DNA of 38,716 nucleotides, taken from the IMG/VR virus record IMGVR_UViG_3300035698_018106, positions 1 through 38,716 of that record, one strand, 5' to 3'. This DNA comes from a virus. The notes below the pieces were generated by a model. The model had not been told where the DNA came from and did no database searches. It saw only the letters and a list, made by a program, of their open reading frames with translations. Positions within the stretch are counted from its first letter, which is position 1, and the number at the start of each line of letters is the position of its first letter. A program made the position numbers and the translations under genes. Positions 1 to 9,600 of the stretch are shown piece by piece.

Positions 1-127
1 ATATTTTATCTGATTGGAATATTGAACAAGATTCTTCAATTATTAATTTAAGACTTAGAATTGATAATCATGATGCTTCAATAAATATTTTATCTGATTG
101 GAATATTGAACAAGATTCTTCAATTAT
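1..127 (+). repeat. 43-bp direct repeat, 84-nt period (28 aa, four heptads)
   Basis: atattttatctgattggaatattgaacaagattcttcaattat occurs at 1-43 and 85-127. Confidence 0.9.
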
Positions 128-911
128 AAGAATTGATGCATCTTTAGGAGACTATGTTCGAAAAGATGGTGATACAATGTCTGGTAAATTAATTACACCT
201 GATATTGATGTTATAAATGATATCTCTATTGGTGGTAATATTAATTTATCCAAACATATACATTTTGAAAAAGAGATAGAAGCACATATAGATGGAGATT
301 TATGGAGAGATCCATCTTTTGGGCATATATTTTATAAACATAATTTCGAAATTGGTGATGCATCGACATATGATTTAATTGATAAATTAACCAGAAGTGC
401 AAATGATTGGTTTAATTTTGGAGATTCATCAACATTAGATCCAGGAGATAGAATACTAATTGAGGACGCTCAAGATGGATTTAAAAAGAAATATATTGGA
501 GCAGAAGCATTTAAAGAAGCTGTTACTGGAGGTTTTGGTGATTATGCAGCATACGCACAAGATTTAACAATTAGTTCCACAACCTCATCTGCATATCAAA
601 ATAAATTAACATTAGTGACAGATGCCTCTGCTGTTTCATCTACTTATAGAGTTGGATGGACTTTCCAACTTTCTAATAGTAATAATTCTAAAGAATCAGG
701 ATATAGAGTAACATTAGATGGTGCGATTTTGGCTGAGGATATAGTTGCATTCCCTTCCGGGGGTTCATATCTTTCATTCTCAGTGTTTCAACATATTGAT
801 TTAACACCAGGAGCACATAGTTTAGCTATTGATTACTTAGCCGATAAAAATACAGCACGTATAAAGGATGTAAGATTAGAATATTTTAGAGCAGCAACTG
901 AAGCAGTATAA
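3..911 (+). CDS. 5'-truncated virion/tail-fibre-associated protein (heptad D-x-S repeats, C-terminal beta domain)
   Basis: The frame of ORF 177..911 is open back to base 3 (ILSDWNIEQDSSIINLRLRIDNHDASINILSDWNIEQDSSIIRIDASLGDYVRKDGDTMSG), so the gene starts before the window. YVRKDGDTMSG is a typical fibre motif. Confidence 0.7.
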   Translation: MLSDWNIEQDSSIINLRLRIDNHDASINILSDWNIEQDSSIIRIDASLGDYVRKDGDTMSGKLITPDIDVINDISIGGNINLSKHIHFEKEIEAHIDGDLWRDPSFGHIFYKHNFEIGDASTYDLIDKLTRSANDWFNFGDSSTLDPGDRILIEDAQDGFKKKYIGAEAFKEAVTGGFGDYAAYAQDLTISSTTSSAYQNKLTLVTDASAVSSTYRVGWTFQLSNSNNSKESGYRVTLDGAILAEDIVAFPSGGSYLSFSVFQHIDLTPGAHSLAIDYLADKNTARIKDVRLEYFRAATEAV

Positions 912-923
912 AAATAATAAATT

Positions 924-1088
924 ATGGCAAAAAAAATAAAAGATGAAGTAGCATTGGATGCTATTGTTATAAAAAAACAATGTTTGACTTATGCAATAGT
1001 GAGTGGTATATTAACTTGTTCTGATCCATCATGTAATGGTGATTATCATAAAGCAAGAAAAATTAAAAACGTTAAAAAAACATATTAA
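924..1088 (+). CDS. small basic 54-aa protein with C-x11-C-x4-C-x4-H pattern (not in ORF track)
   Basis: ATG at 924 after an A-rich leader. Translation MAKKIKDEVALDAIVIKKQCLTYAIVSGILTCSDPSCNGDYHKARKIKNVKKTY*. It fills the gap between 911 and 1091. Confidence 0.65.
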   Translation: MAKKIKDEVALDAIVIKKQCLTYAIVSGILTCSDPSCNGDYHKARKIKNVKKTY

Positions 1089-1090
1089 AA

Positions 1091-1957
1091 ATGACTTTTA
1101 CATATACATATTTATTAAGTGACTTCCTAAACTCATTAGTTGATTTAGATACATTAACTATACAAGTACAGGATAGTGTAATTACAGTTTCATTAGATTA
1201 TATAAACGATGGAGCAGGTTCAGGGACAGATGTTGATTTTTATTTTAAAGCAACATTACCATCAGATGATATTATAACATTAAATACAATTGTTGCTAAT
1301 CATACTGGAGAACCTATTACAGAAGAAACACAAATAGTTCAAGCATCTATATTAACAGAACATATAAAATATATTGAGTCAGGAGAAACCACTCAAGACT
1401 TATATGCGGCAGAATCACTAATTATTGATGTTTCCAGTAATGATACGAAAAAAACAGTAGATTTTACATGGTCATACTTAATATCTTTAATGTCCGGAAC
1501 ACTAGGAATTTCTGAGGATATGATAGGAGATAGTTTATGTATAGAAATTGCACCAAATACTTTGATAGGAGCATTTACACAAAATGTAAATCTTGGAGAT
1601 ACTTCATTAAATGTATCTCCAACAGTATTAGATTATGTAAAAAGAGGTTTTTATATAGGCAAATATGGAGATATGGATTCAGGATCAGAAATGAGTCAAG
1701 TTTTATCTATTGATACAGAAAATGGAAGGATAAATTTAACATCACCTTCTATATCTACTGCCACCGCCGGCAATTATTGTGCAATGAGTGCTAAATTAAT
1801 TCCTAATTTGTATATACACTCTCTAGATAAAATAGAAATAGGAAAACAAATACCAACAGGCCAACGAATAACTGCAGGAACTCCTGTTAGAGTTTGTTAT
1901 TCTAATAATAATAATGTGGCTAAAAAAATATCTTTTTTTGTAGAATATCTTTATTAA
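1091..1957 (+). CDS. hypothetical virion structural protein
   Basis: 288-aa beta-rich ORF in the structural cluster, followed by a terminator. Confidence 0.6.
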   Translation: MTFTYTYLLSDFLNSLVDLDTLTIQVQDSVITVSLDYINDGAGSGTDVDFYFKATLPSDDIITLNTIVANHTGEPITEETQIVQASILTEHIKYIESGETTQDLYAAESLIIDVSSNDTKKTVDFTWSYLISLMSGTLGISEDMIGDSLCIEIAPNTLIGAFTQNVNLGDTSLNVSPTVLDYVKRGFYIGKYGDMDSGSEMSQVLSIDTENGRINLTSPSISTATAGNYCAMSAKLIPNLYIHSLDKIEIGKQIPTGQRITAGTPVRVCYSNNNNVAKKISFFVEYLY

Positions 1958-1981
1958 GATTGCTATTATTTATAAATATTG

Positions 1982-2008
1982 AAAGGGACTTAGGTCCCTT
2001 TTCTTTTT
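1982..2008 (+). terminator. rho-independent terminator
   Basis: aaagggac-ttag-gtcccttt hairpin followed by tcttttt. Confidence 0.8.
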
Positions 2009-2017
2009 GAATAAATA
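2009..2017 (+). promoter_or_regulatory. putative late promoter GAATAAATA
   Basis: Recurrent ATAWATA motif, about 20 nt upstream of the ATG at 2037. Resembles the T4 late promoter TATAAATA. Confidence 0.5.
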
Positions 2018-2036
2018 ATAAAAATAAGAAGTCTTA

Positions 2037-3509
2037 ATGGCAAAACGTCAACAATTCATATTTAATGATAAAACAGTAGGCATAACTACTATTCTTTTTA
2101 GAAATCAATCACCTATTTTAAATATAGATAAAATTGTATTTTTTAAAGAAACTGGATTAAATGGTAACTGGATTAAAAAAGAATTTAAATATTCTTTTGA
2201 TAATATAGTGTGGTCATCAATGAGAACTTTGACCCAATATAATGTTTCTTCTATTGATTTTACCAACCATCCTAATTTTTACATGGAAATTTTATATACT
2301 AGAGCAAATTATAATACTGCTCATATAAACGATTTTTATTTATTTTATGATTCTAATAATGGTACCCCTGTAGATCCTAGTGTAGGACCTATTAATGCAG
2401 ATACCTTACAAGGGGAACCTGGTTCTTTTTATTTAGATAGAGCTAATCACACAGGTCCTTTAAGCGATTTAGGCGTATATAATGTTACTGATGGATCAGG
2501 TGCCGGGGTGTATTCTCACAGAGAAGATTCTTCTAATGGTACTAATATCTATTTTAAACGAATAGAAGGTAAAGGTGGTGTTCAAGTATCTGATAATTCG
2601 TTAGGTACTATAATAATTGATGCATCCGGAATATCAGCAGGAAATACTTATATCAATGAATTATCAACTGCTATAGGTGTTGGCGGAATTATACAAGATT
2701 CTTCATTCTTTTATACTCCAGGTAAAACATTTGAAGAAACAATGGAAGCAATGTTTTACCCTACATTATATCCTACATTAACTAATCCAAATAATTCTTT
2801 TGTTATTCAAAGTGGAGCTAATTCTTTAGAAGAAATAAATGATGCATTAACTGTCGTTTTTTATTCTTCTTTAAATAGAGGATCAATTAGTCCCGCATAT
2901 GGCACAAACGGTTTTAGATCTGGAGATTCTAGTGTATTTCATTATACCGGAGTTGATTTACCATTATCGGATAGGGATGATTCAGGAGGTAACACACAAC
3001 AAATTGGACCATATACTGTATTAATTGGTATGCAAGCCGGATGGACATCTGCAATTTCATATAATGAAGGGGATCAACCACTTGATAGTATAGGAAATCC
3101 ATATGATACATCTTTAGCAGCAGGAACTACATCTTATAAATCGGTTAATTTCGAAGGAGTTTATCCAATATATGCTACTACTGTAAATATTGACGTATAT
3201 ACAAAACAAATATTGTATTCTATGTTGAATGCAAATAATATAGTAATTCCAATGAGACCGGAATCAGGAGGATATAAACAATCCTTTGATATAGCAAATG
3301 CTTGGATTGGATTACCTACTGATAGAAGAGTTAGAGGAATAGAAACTTTTAATACATTTGCCCAGATATGGGAATATCAAGGTGGAACAGAAAATACTTC
3401 TATGACATATTGGACAGAAACTATTACAAACTATAGTGGAGTTCCTTATACCAGATATACATATAATGGTATTGATAGAAGTAGTATACAAATAAGATTA
3501 AAATTTTAA
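2037..3509 (+). CDS. virion structural/tail-associated protein
   Basis: 490 aa. Has NADTLQG.PGSFYLDRANHTG and IYFKRIEGKGGVQV fibre-type modules and about 10 D-x-S motifs. Confidence 0.6.
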   Translation: MAKRQQFIFNDKTVGITTILFRNQSPILNIDKIVFFKETGLNGNWIKKEFKYSFDNIVWSSMRTLTQYNVSSIDFTNHPNFYMEILYTRANYNTAHINDFYLFYDSNNGTPVDPSVGPINADTLQGEPGSFYLDRANHTGPLSDLGVYNVTDGSGAGVYSHREDSSNGTNIYFKRIEGKGGVQVSDNSLGTIIIDASGISAGNTYINELSTAIGVGGIIQDSSFFYTPGKTFEETMEAMFYPTLYPTLTNPNNSFVIQSGANSLEEINDALTVVFYSSLNRGSISPAYGTNGFRSGDSSVFHYTGVDLPLSDRDDSGGNTQQIGPYTVLIGMQAGWTSAISYNEGDQPLDSIGNPYDTSLAAGTTSYKSVNFEGVYPIYATTVNIDVYTKQILYSMLNANNIVIPMRPESGGYKQSFDIANAWIGLPTDRRVRGIETFNTFAQIWEYQGGTENTSMTYWTETITNYSGVPYTRYTYNGIDRSSIQIRLKF

Positions 3510-3515
3510 TAAGAT

Positions 3516-5855
3516 ATGGGAAGAAATAAAGGAACATTTAATTTCGCTGCAAATTTTGAAGTTTTAACAAAAGCTCCATTAGATGCAAGAACTCTAGTTA
3601 GCTCTTACTCTGACTTAGTTGATCCTTTGACATGGAATGATGCAGATAGTCTTAGTTGGCTTTTTAACGGTGCATTAGTTGTTGTTATAGATGATCCATC
3701 TTCAGGTGTTTATATGTTAAAAGATGCTGCTAATTATAATTTATATAATAATTGGGAACAAGTTGGAGGAGTAACACCTAAAGATATAGAGGATTTATAT
3801 GATTATATTGACGGTTCTATTGCTTCATTAGATTCAAGTATAAATGATTTATATACTACATTAACTATAATAGATTCTTCAGTAAGTTACTTAATTGATT
3901 GGAATACTACACAAGATATAAGTATTGGAGATATTCAGGAATCAATCATCAAAATAGATTCAAGTATTAATGAATTATATTCCAAGCAATCAGGAGTTAT
4001 TAATATAGGTGATGGTTCTGCAAATATATTCGCTGGATATGATCCATCTAATAATATTCAATTAAGAACATTATCAGGTTCGGGAGCTGCTATAGTAACT
4101 CAAGTTGGTGATAATATAATTATTGGTTTGGATGCTTCTTTTGCAGGCGAAGTTAATTACGGTGTTAATGTTGGATCTGGAGATGCAAGTATATACTATA
4201 GAAAATTAGGTGATGAATTACAATTTAGAGAATTATCAGCAGGAACAAATATAACATTAGATGTTTCAGATAATTTAATTATAATTAATTCAATTGGAGC
4301 GGCTGGAATTGATGGAGGTGTTTGGATTACAGATATAACTCCTCAAGGTTCAGGGAATGTAGGTGATAAAACATTCTCATCAGATGGAAATGTTTTAGAT
4401 TCATGTTTATCAGATACCAATCAGTTATCTGTGCATATTCTAGCACTACCTGGTCACACTAATTATAAACCTATAGTATCTATTAACTCTAATCCTGTAA
4501 GTATCTCTGCTGATGCAGATAGACCTCTGTGGGAAGGTATATACAACCTTATATATAATCCTTTAGATGCTAGTATTACAGTTAAACATGAAGATGGTGC
4601 AACTTGGACAACAATTGTTGATCAAGATACTCCAGCGGTTATAACAAGTGCTATATTTGTTGGTGGATATCCAGGATCACAAACTGAATTAAAAGCAGGT
4701 GATTCTTATTCAATACAAATACAAACTGATGTACCCGTAACGTCTATTTCATTAGATAATTATGGAGCATTCTTAGCCGGAACATATTCTGTAAGTGGAA
4801 CAAATGTAAATATCACCGGAACAATAGCAGATAGAGGAAATTCTGTTCAAGATTTAGGATTTAGATTAAGTGCTATAAAATCAACAGGATCAGAAAGTTT
4901 AAAATATACTAGTATTGATTATGGTACTACTGATGGAATATACAGAGTTAAATTAAATAACATTTATCCAACTATTACGTTTGGAACAGTAACATATCCA
5001 GGAGTTCAAAAAGCTATTAAACTCGGAGAAACTGCATCGGTAGTTAATACAATAACTAATTACGATACAATGACATATAGTACTCCTAATTCAGAATTAG
5101 GAATAACTGCACCAACAACATTTGCGAATCCTAAAGTTGTTTCTTATTCAACTGGAACTTATAACATAACAAATTCTAATTTACGAATTGTAGCAAATAG
5201 AGCCGCTAATAATGCAACATCTACACAAAATAGTATAGTATGGATTGCTAATACGCCTGCTACATTATCTATTGCAAATCCTGCATCTAGATTACGATCT
5301 GGAGGAAATGATAATACATCTGCTCAAAATCACACCATTACAATTTCAGGTAATGGACAAAGATTATTACAAGCGCCTAGTTTAGTAAAAGATTCAGGCG
5401 GAACATGGATTGGGGGAGGATTTTCTTGGATAAATAGTGCCACATCTTTTACTAGATCACTTGAAGTCCATGATAATGATACAAAAGGATCATATACATG
5501 GGGAGCAATATCAGGTATTAATTTAGCAGGTATCACAACTACTGTTAATTCAGGAGAAACAACATATATATTAGGCGGGTTTGTTAATAGAACTATTACA
5601 GTTGCCCCCTTTGGTACAACTGGGATTATTAATACAGAAATATCAGATTATAGCAAAATACCTTCTACCTTAGCATGGACAGGAAAAGCATTAACAATAA
5701 AAGCAGGTATTGGTATAACTGCACCACCAGCCGTTGTAGGTGGTTGGTCAGCAAGTTCTACATTTACTAATCCAACAACTATAAATATACTTGATCTTGC
5801 TACTGCATCATCTGTTTCGGCTCCTAGTACATTTACAATACAAGAAAATATTTAA
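3516..5855 (+). CDS. tail-fibre/virion decoration protein with Ig-like C-terminal region
   Basis: 779 aa. N-terminal APLDAR motif, heptad LDSSINDLY repeats, two NIG.G.A.I...LQFR.L.AG..IT modules, Thr-rich beta C-terminus. Confidence 0.6.
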   Translation: MGRNKGTFNFAANFEVLTKAPLDARTLVSSYSDLVDPLTWNDADSLSWLFNGALVVVIDDPSSGVYMLKDAANYNLYNNWEQVGGVTPKDIEDLYDYIDGSIASLDSSINDLYTTLTIIDSSVSYLIDWNTTQDISIGDIQESIIKIDSSINELYSKQSGVINIGDGSANIFAGYDPSNNIQLRTLSGSGAAIVTQVGDNIIIGLDASFAGEVNYGVNVGSGDASIYYRKLGDELQFRELSAGTNITLDVSDNLIIINSIGAAGIDGGVWITDITPQGSGNVGDKTFSSDGNVLDSCLSDTNQLSVHILALPGHTNYKPIVSINSNPVSISADADRPLWEGIYNLIYNPLDASITVKHEDGATWTTIVDQDTPAVITSAIFVGGYPGSQTELKAGDSYSIQIQTDVPVTSISLDNYGAFLAGTYSVSGTNVNITGTIADRGNSVQDLGFRLSAIKSTGSESLKYTSIDYGTTDGIYRVKLNNIYPTITFGTVTYPGVQKAIKLGETASVVNTITNYDTMTYSTPNSELGITAPTTFANPKVVSYSTGTYNITNSNLRIVANRAANNATSTQNSIVWIANTPATLSIANPASRLRSGGNDNTSAQNHTITISGNGQRLLQAPSLVKDSGGTWIGGGFSWINSATSFTRSLEVHDNDTKGSYTWGAISGINLAGITTTVNSGETTYILGGFVNRTITVAPFGTTGIINTEISDYSKIPSTLAWTGKALTIKAGIGITAPPAVVGGWSASSTFTNPTTINILDLATASSVSAPSTFTIQENI

Positions 5856-5873
5856 AATAAAGAAACCATATAC

Positions 5874-6563
5874 ATGGCAACATTAGATAGTTTACAATTT
5901 GAAATGGAAAGAAGAGTAATTCTCTTCAAACCTACAACTACAATGCCGGATAATACTCAATTAGGGTATAATGCCGATCCTAATATAATAGTGACGCCAT
6001 CTACACCAGGAGAACAACTTTTATTTTATAGTCCAAATAATACAAGATATGTTAATTATGATCCTTCTGGAAATACTGTTCAAGAATGGTATAAACATTC
6101 TCAACCTAATGGATGGTTACCTTTTGGAGGAGCAACAGTAGGAAGTGGCACTGATTCTTCGACATGGCAGCTTAATCAAACTGCTGAAGGCGTAGTTCTT
6201 CAAGATGCATCCGGTAATTTAATAGTTAGAGCTTATGATGGTAGTTTAGCTACAATAACAGTAGGAAATTTAGTTATTAATAATTATACTGGAGTATTAG
6301 TAGCAAAAGACGGTGTTATAACAGCAGACCCTTCTGCCGGATTATTAAAATCAGTAGCTGCTTTATTATTAGGAGATGATATTACTAAAAACTTTGTAAT
6401 ACCTCACAATTTAGATACATTAAATCATTTAATTACTATATATGAATCAACTAATGCAATAATATATCCTGATATATCAATTGGAGGTTTCAATGATACA
6501 ATTTCATTTTTGAGTCCTCCACCAACAGGAACAGATCACAGAGCTGTTATAATGGGTTTTTAG
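5874..6563 (+). CDS. virion structural protein with C-terminal 'F.I.HNL' beta domain
   Basis: 229 aa. C-terminal GDDITKNFVIPHNLDT...ISF..PP motif is typical of phage fibre-associated small domains. Six D-x-S motifs. Confidence 0.55.
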   Translation: MATLDSLQFEMERRVILFKPTTTMPDNTQLGYNADPNIIVTPSTPGEQLLFYSPNNTRYVNYDPSGNTVQEWYKHSQPNGWLPFGGATVGSGTDSSTWQLNQTAEGVVLQDASGNLIVRAYDGSLATITVGNLVINNYTGVLVAKDGVITADPSAGLLKSVAALLLGDDITKNFVIPHNLDTLNHLITIYESTNAIIYPDISIGGFNDTISFLSPPPTGTDHRAVIMGF

Positions 6564-6592
6564 GCAGAGACATATAAAAAAGAATAAGTAAT

Positions 6593-6600
6593 TATAAATA
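6593..6600 (+). promoter_or_regulatory. T4-like late promoter TATAAATA
   Basis: Exact TATAAATA in the intergenic region upstream of the 1888-aa gene. The region is very AT-rich, so a chance match is possible. Confidence 0.5.
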
Positions 6601-6636
6601 AATAAAATAAAAATAAAATAAAAATAACTTAAAATT

Positions 6637-9600
6637 ATGGCAAAGTACGTACAACCAATTTTTGATGTTTATGGAGTGGCTGATTTTTATAATCAGGTGA
6701 CATTTGATGCATCAATTTTTTTACAGGGCGCCACCCATATAAGTTCGCCAGTAGAATCTACTGATAATACACCTTATACCTTATTAGTTGAATCTATAGG
6801 GGATGATGTTGTTATCAAGCAGAGACAACTTGGTACAATGGCTTGGGAAAACGCTTCTGCGTGGGATGGATCACTTGGAGATATAAACACAGATATTGGA
6901 TATCTGGAAACTTCAATAGGGGATTTAGACACGTTAACACAAACCCATGATATATCAATTGGATCTAATACTAGTTTATTATCGATTCATGATACATCAA
7001 TAGGTAACTTATTTTCAACTAACTTAATTCAAGATGCTTCAATACAAGCTGTTTGGGATAGATGGAAAGAAACTAATAGAACAGGATTTGTAGATAATAC
7101 ACAAACAATTGTATCGTTTGCACCTGGAACACCAGTAGGATCTGGTACATTTACAATTACACCAACTGGTACAGATTGGGAGTATTATAGAACAGGAGAA
7201 AAATTCACTATTACAGGTGCAAAAACTGTAACTCTTGATGGTGGTGGTGCTGCTGCAAAAGGCGAATATTATATTTCGATAGATTCTAATGATGGAACTT
7301 TATTATCATCAACTAGTCCATGGACAGGTGAAAGTAATACTGTATTTGTTGCTAAAATAATCTGGGACCCTACTTCAACACCAACATATTGGATTGCTGA
7401 AGAAAGACACACGATGACTATTGATCGAAAAATGCATTCTTATTTACATCGAACAATAGGTACCCAATTTGTAACCGGAGATGGTTTAACTGGCCCTGAT
7501 GTTGCAGGTGTTGGATCTAATGGTATTGGATTAACTGATGCATCAAATGCTTTTGGTGTTGCTACAACAACTATTGCAGATGAAGATTTATTTCAAAATT
7601 TAGCAGAATTAGTAAGACCAACAAGTCCTTCTAATGATTATATCGTATGGTATAGAACTGGTGGAGAATGGGAATGGAGATATGAAAATACACCATTAGC
7701 TGAAAGTGGATCTTATATTCAGTATGATGATACATCTGATTTAGTTACGGCTGATCCAGGTAAATTCGTTAATACTTATTTATTATTTACTAATTTAAAC
7801 AATTCAGCAGTTGGAGATACTGCTAGATTCTCTATTGTTATTGGTCAAGGCCAATATGATACATTAGACGAAGCCGAGGCTGAAAATCTTAATGATATGA
7901 ATCAAGATGCTCTGCCTATTGGAGAATGGGTCGCTGCATATCAATTCTCATGGGAAACTTCTACAGGTTATACCACTTCTGGTAAGGTCGCATTAGCTGC
8001 CACTCCAAAACCAATTGAAATAAGTGCTGTTCAATCTTCTTCAGCAACAACAACTAGTCACAATAGTTTATTAGGCTTACAAGGTGGAACAACAAATGAA
8101 CGTTATCACTTAAATAATGCACAATTCCTTGACTATATTGGAAAAACTGATGTTGATGTTTCATTAGGTGATGTTTGGTCAAAATTAGGAAATATAGATA
8201 ATTCTATTGCTGGTTTAGATACAATTACACAAACAAATACAACAGATATAAATAATGTTGAAACTTCTATTGGAGCTTTAGATACATTAACAAAGATTCA
8301 TGATATCAGCATTGGAGTTAATACTTCAGATATTGGTAATTTAGAAACTTCTGTAGGAGCTTTAGATGCTAGCATCCAAACATTGTCTACTAGTATTTCT
8401 ACTAATATTACAAATATTTCTACAAATGCTACAGATATTACTAATTTAGAATCTTCTGTAGGTGCTTTAGATACATTAACACAAACTCATGAAGCTTCAA
8501 TTGGTTTCTTATGGACATATGATAAAGTTCAAGATGCTTCAATTGCTTTAGCTGTTGCAGGTACAACTACAGCATGGAATGGTTTAACTCTTTCTGCAGA
8601 TAATTCAATTGGATTAGGTGGAACTCTTAGTGAAGATACTACTATTGAAACTGGTGGATATGGATTTGGTATTACCGGTTCTATGAGTGTTTTTGGAGAT
8701 TTAACTGTTGATGGTTCAGTAACATATTTAAATACGAATAATTTAGATGTTTCTGATAATATTATAACTATTAATACAGGAATGACAGGTACCCCACCAG
8801 TTAATATGGTGTCAGGTATGAAAGTTGATAGAGGTGATGCTTCTGCATACTACTTCTTATTCTCTGAAGCTACTGATACATTTAGAGTAGGTATTAGTGG
8901 TCCGGAACCTGGATTACCAGGTGATACACAAGCTGTTGCAACCAGAGAAGATACACCTAATACTAATGGTGTTGCATTTTGGGATAATGTTAATAACAGA
9001 TTTAATACCGTTTCTGATTTTACATTTAATGAATCTACAGGTCTTTCTATAGCAGATTCAATTACTGCTACAGGTGGTATGGATTTATCTGGACTTTCTG
9101 GAGATACACAATCAACTGCCTTAATGGTTACTGGTGGTGCAGGTGGAACTATTTCTACTAGAGCATTAGGTACAATGGCATTTGAAACTGCTACTAATTA
9201 TACTACGCATACATATGTTAATATTAATTTTGCACAAAGAGATTCATCTATAACAGTTTTATATAATGAAAATGATGTTCAAGATTTACATCTTTCTGCA
9301 TTAGATGCTTCTGTTACCAATCTTTGGTCTTATGATGCTATTCAAGATGCTTCAATAACTGCTGCTCTTAATAGTGGTGCCGAAGCGTGGAATGGTTTAA
9401 CTAAAGTTGATAATTCAATTGGATTAGGTGGAATACTAAATTCTGATGTATCAATTGCAGGAAGTAAAACTGGAAGATCGTTCGATATAACATTAGCAGA
9501 TGCTTCTGATTTTGCAGATACTAATATTAATTTATCAGTTGGAAATGAATTCGATTATGATGGTGGATTAGAATCAAATAAAGCAAGTTTAACATTAAAT

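Noticed and set aside
1-127. CRISPR-like repeat-spacer-repeat (43 bp, 41 bp, 43 bp)
   Set aside because: It is an in-frame coding repeat with an 84-nt period in a heptad region, is non-palindromic, has only two copies, and no cas genes are present.
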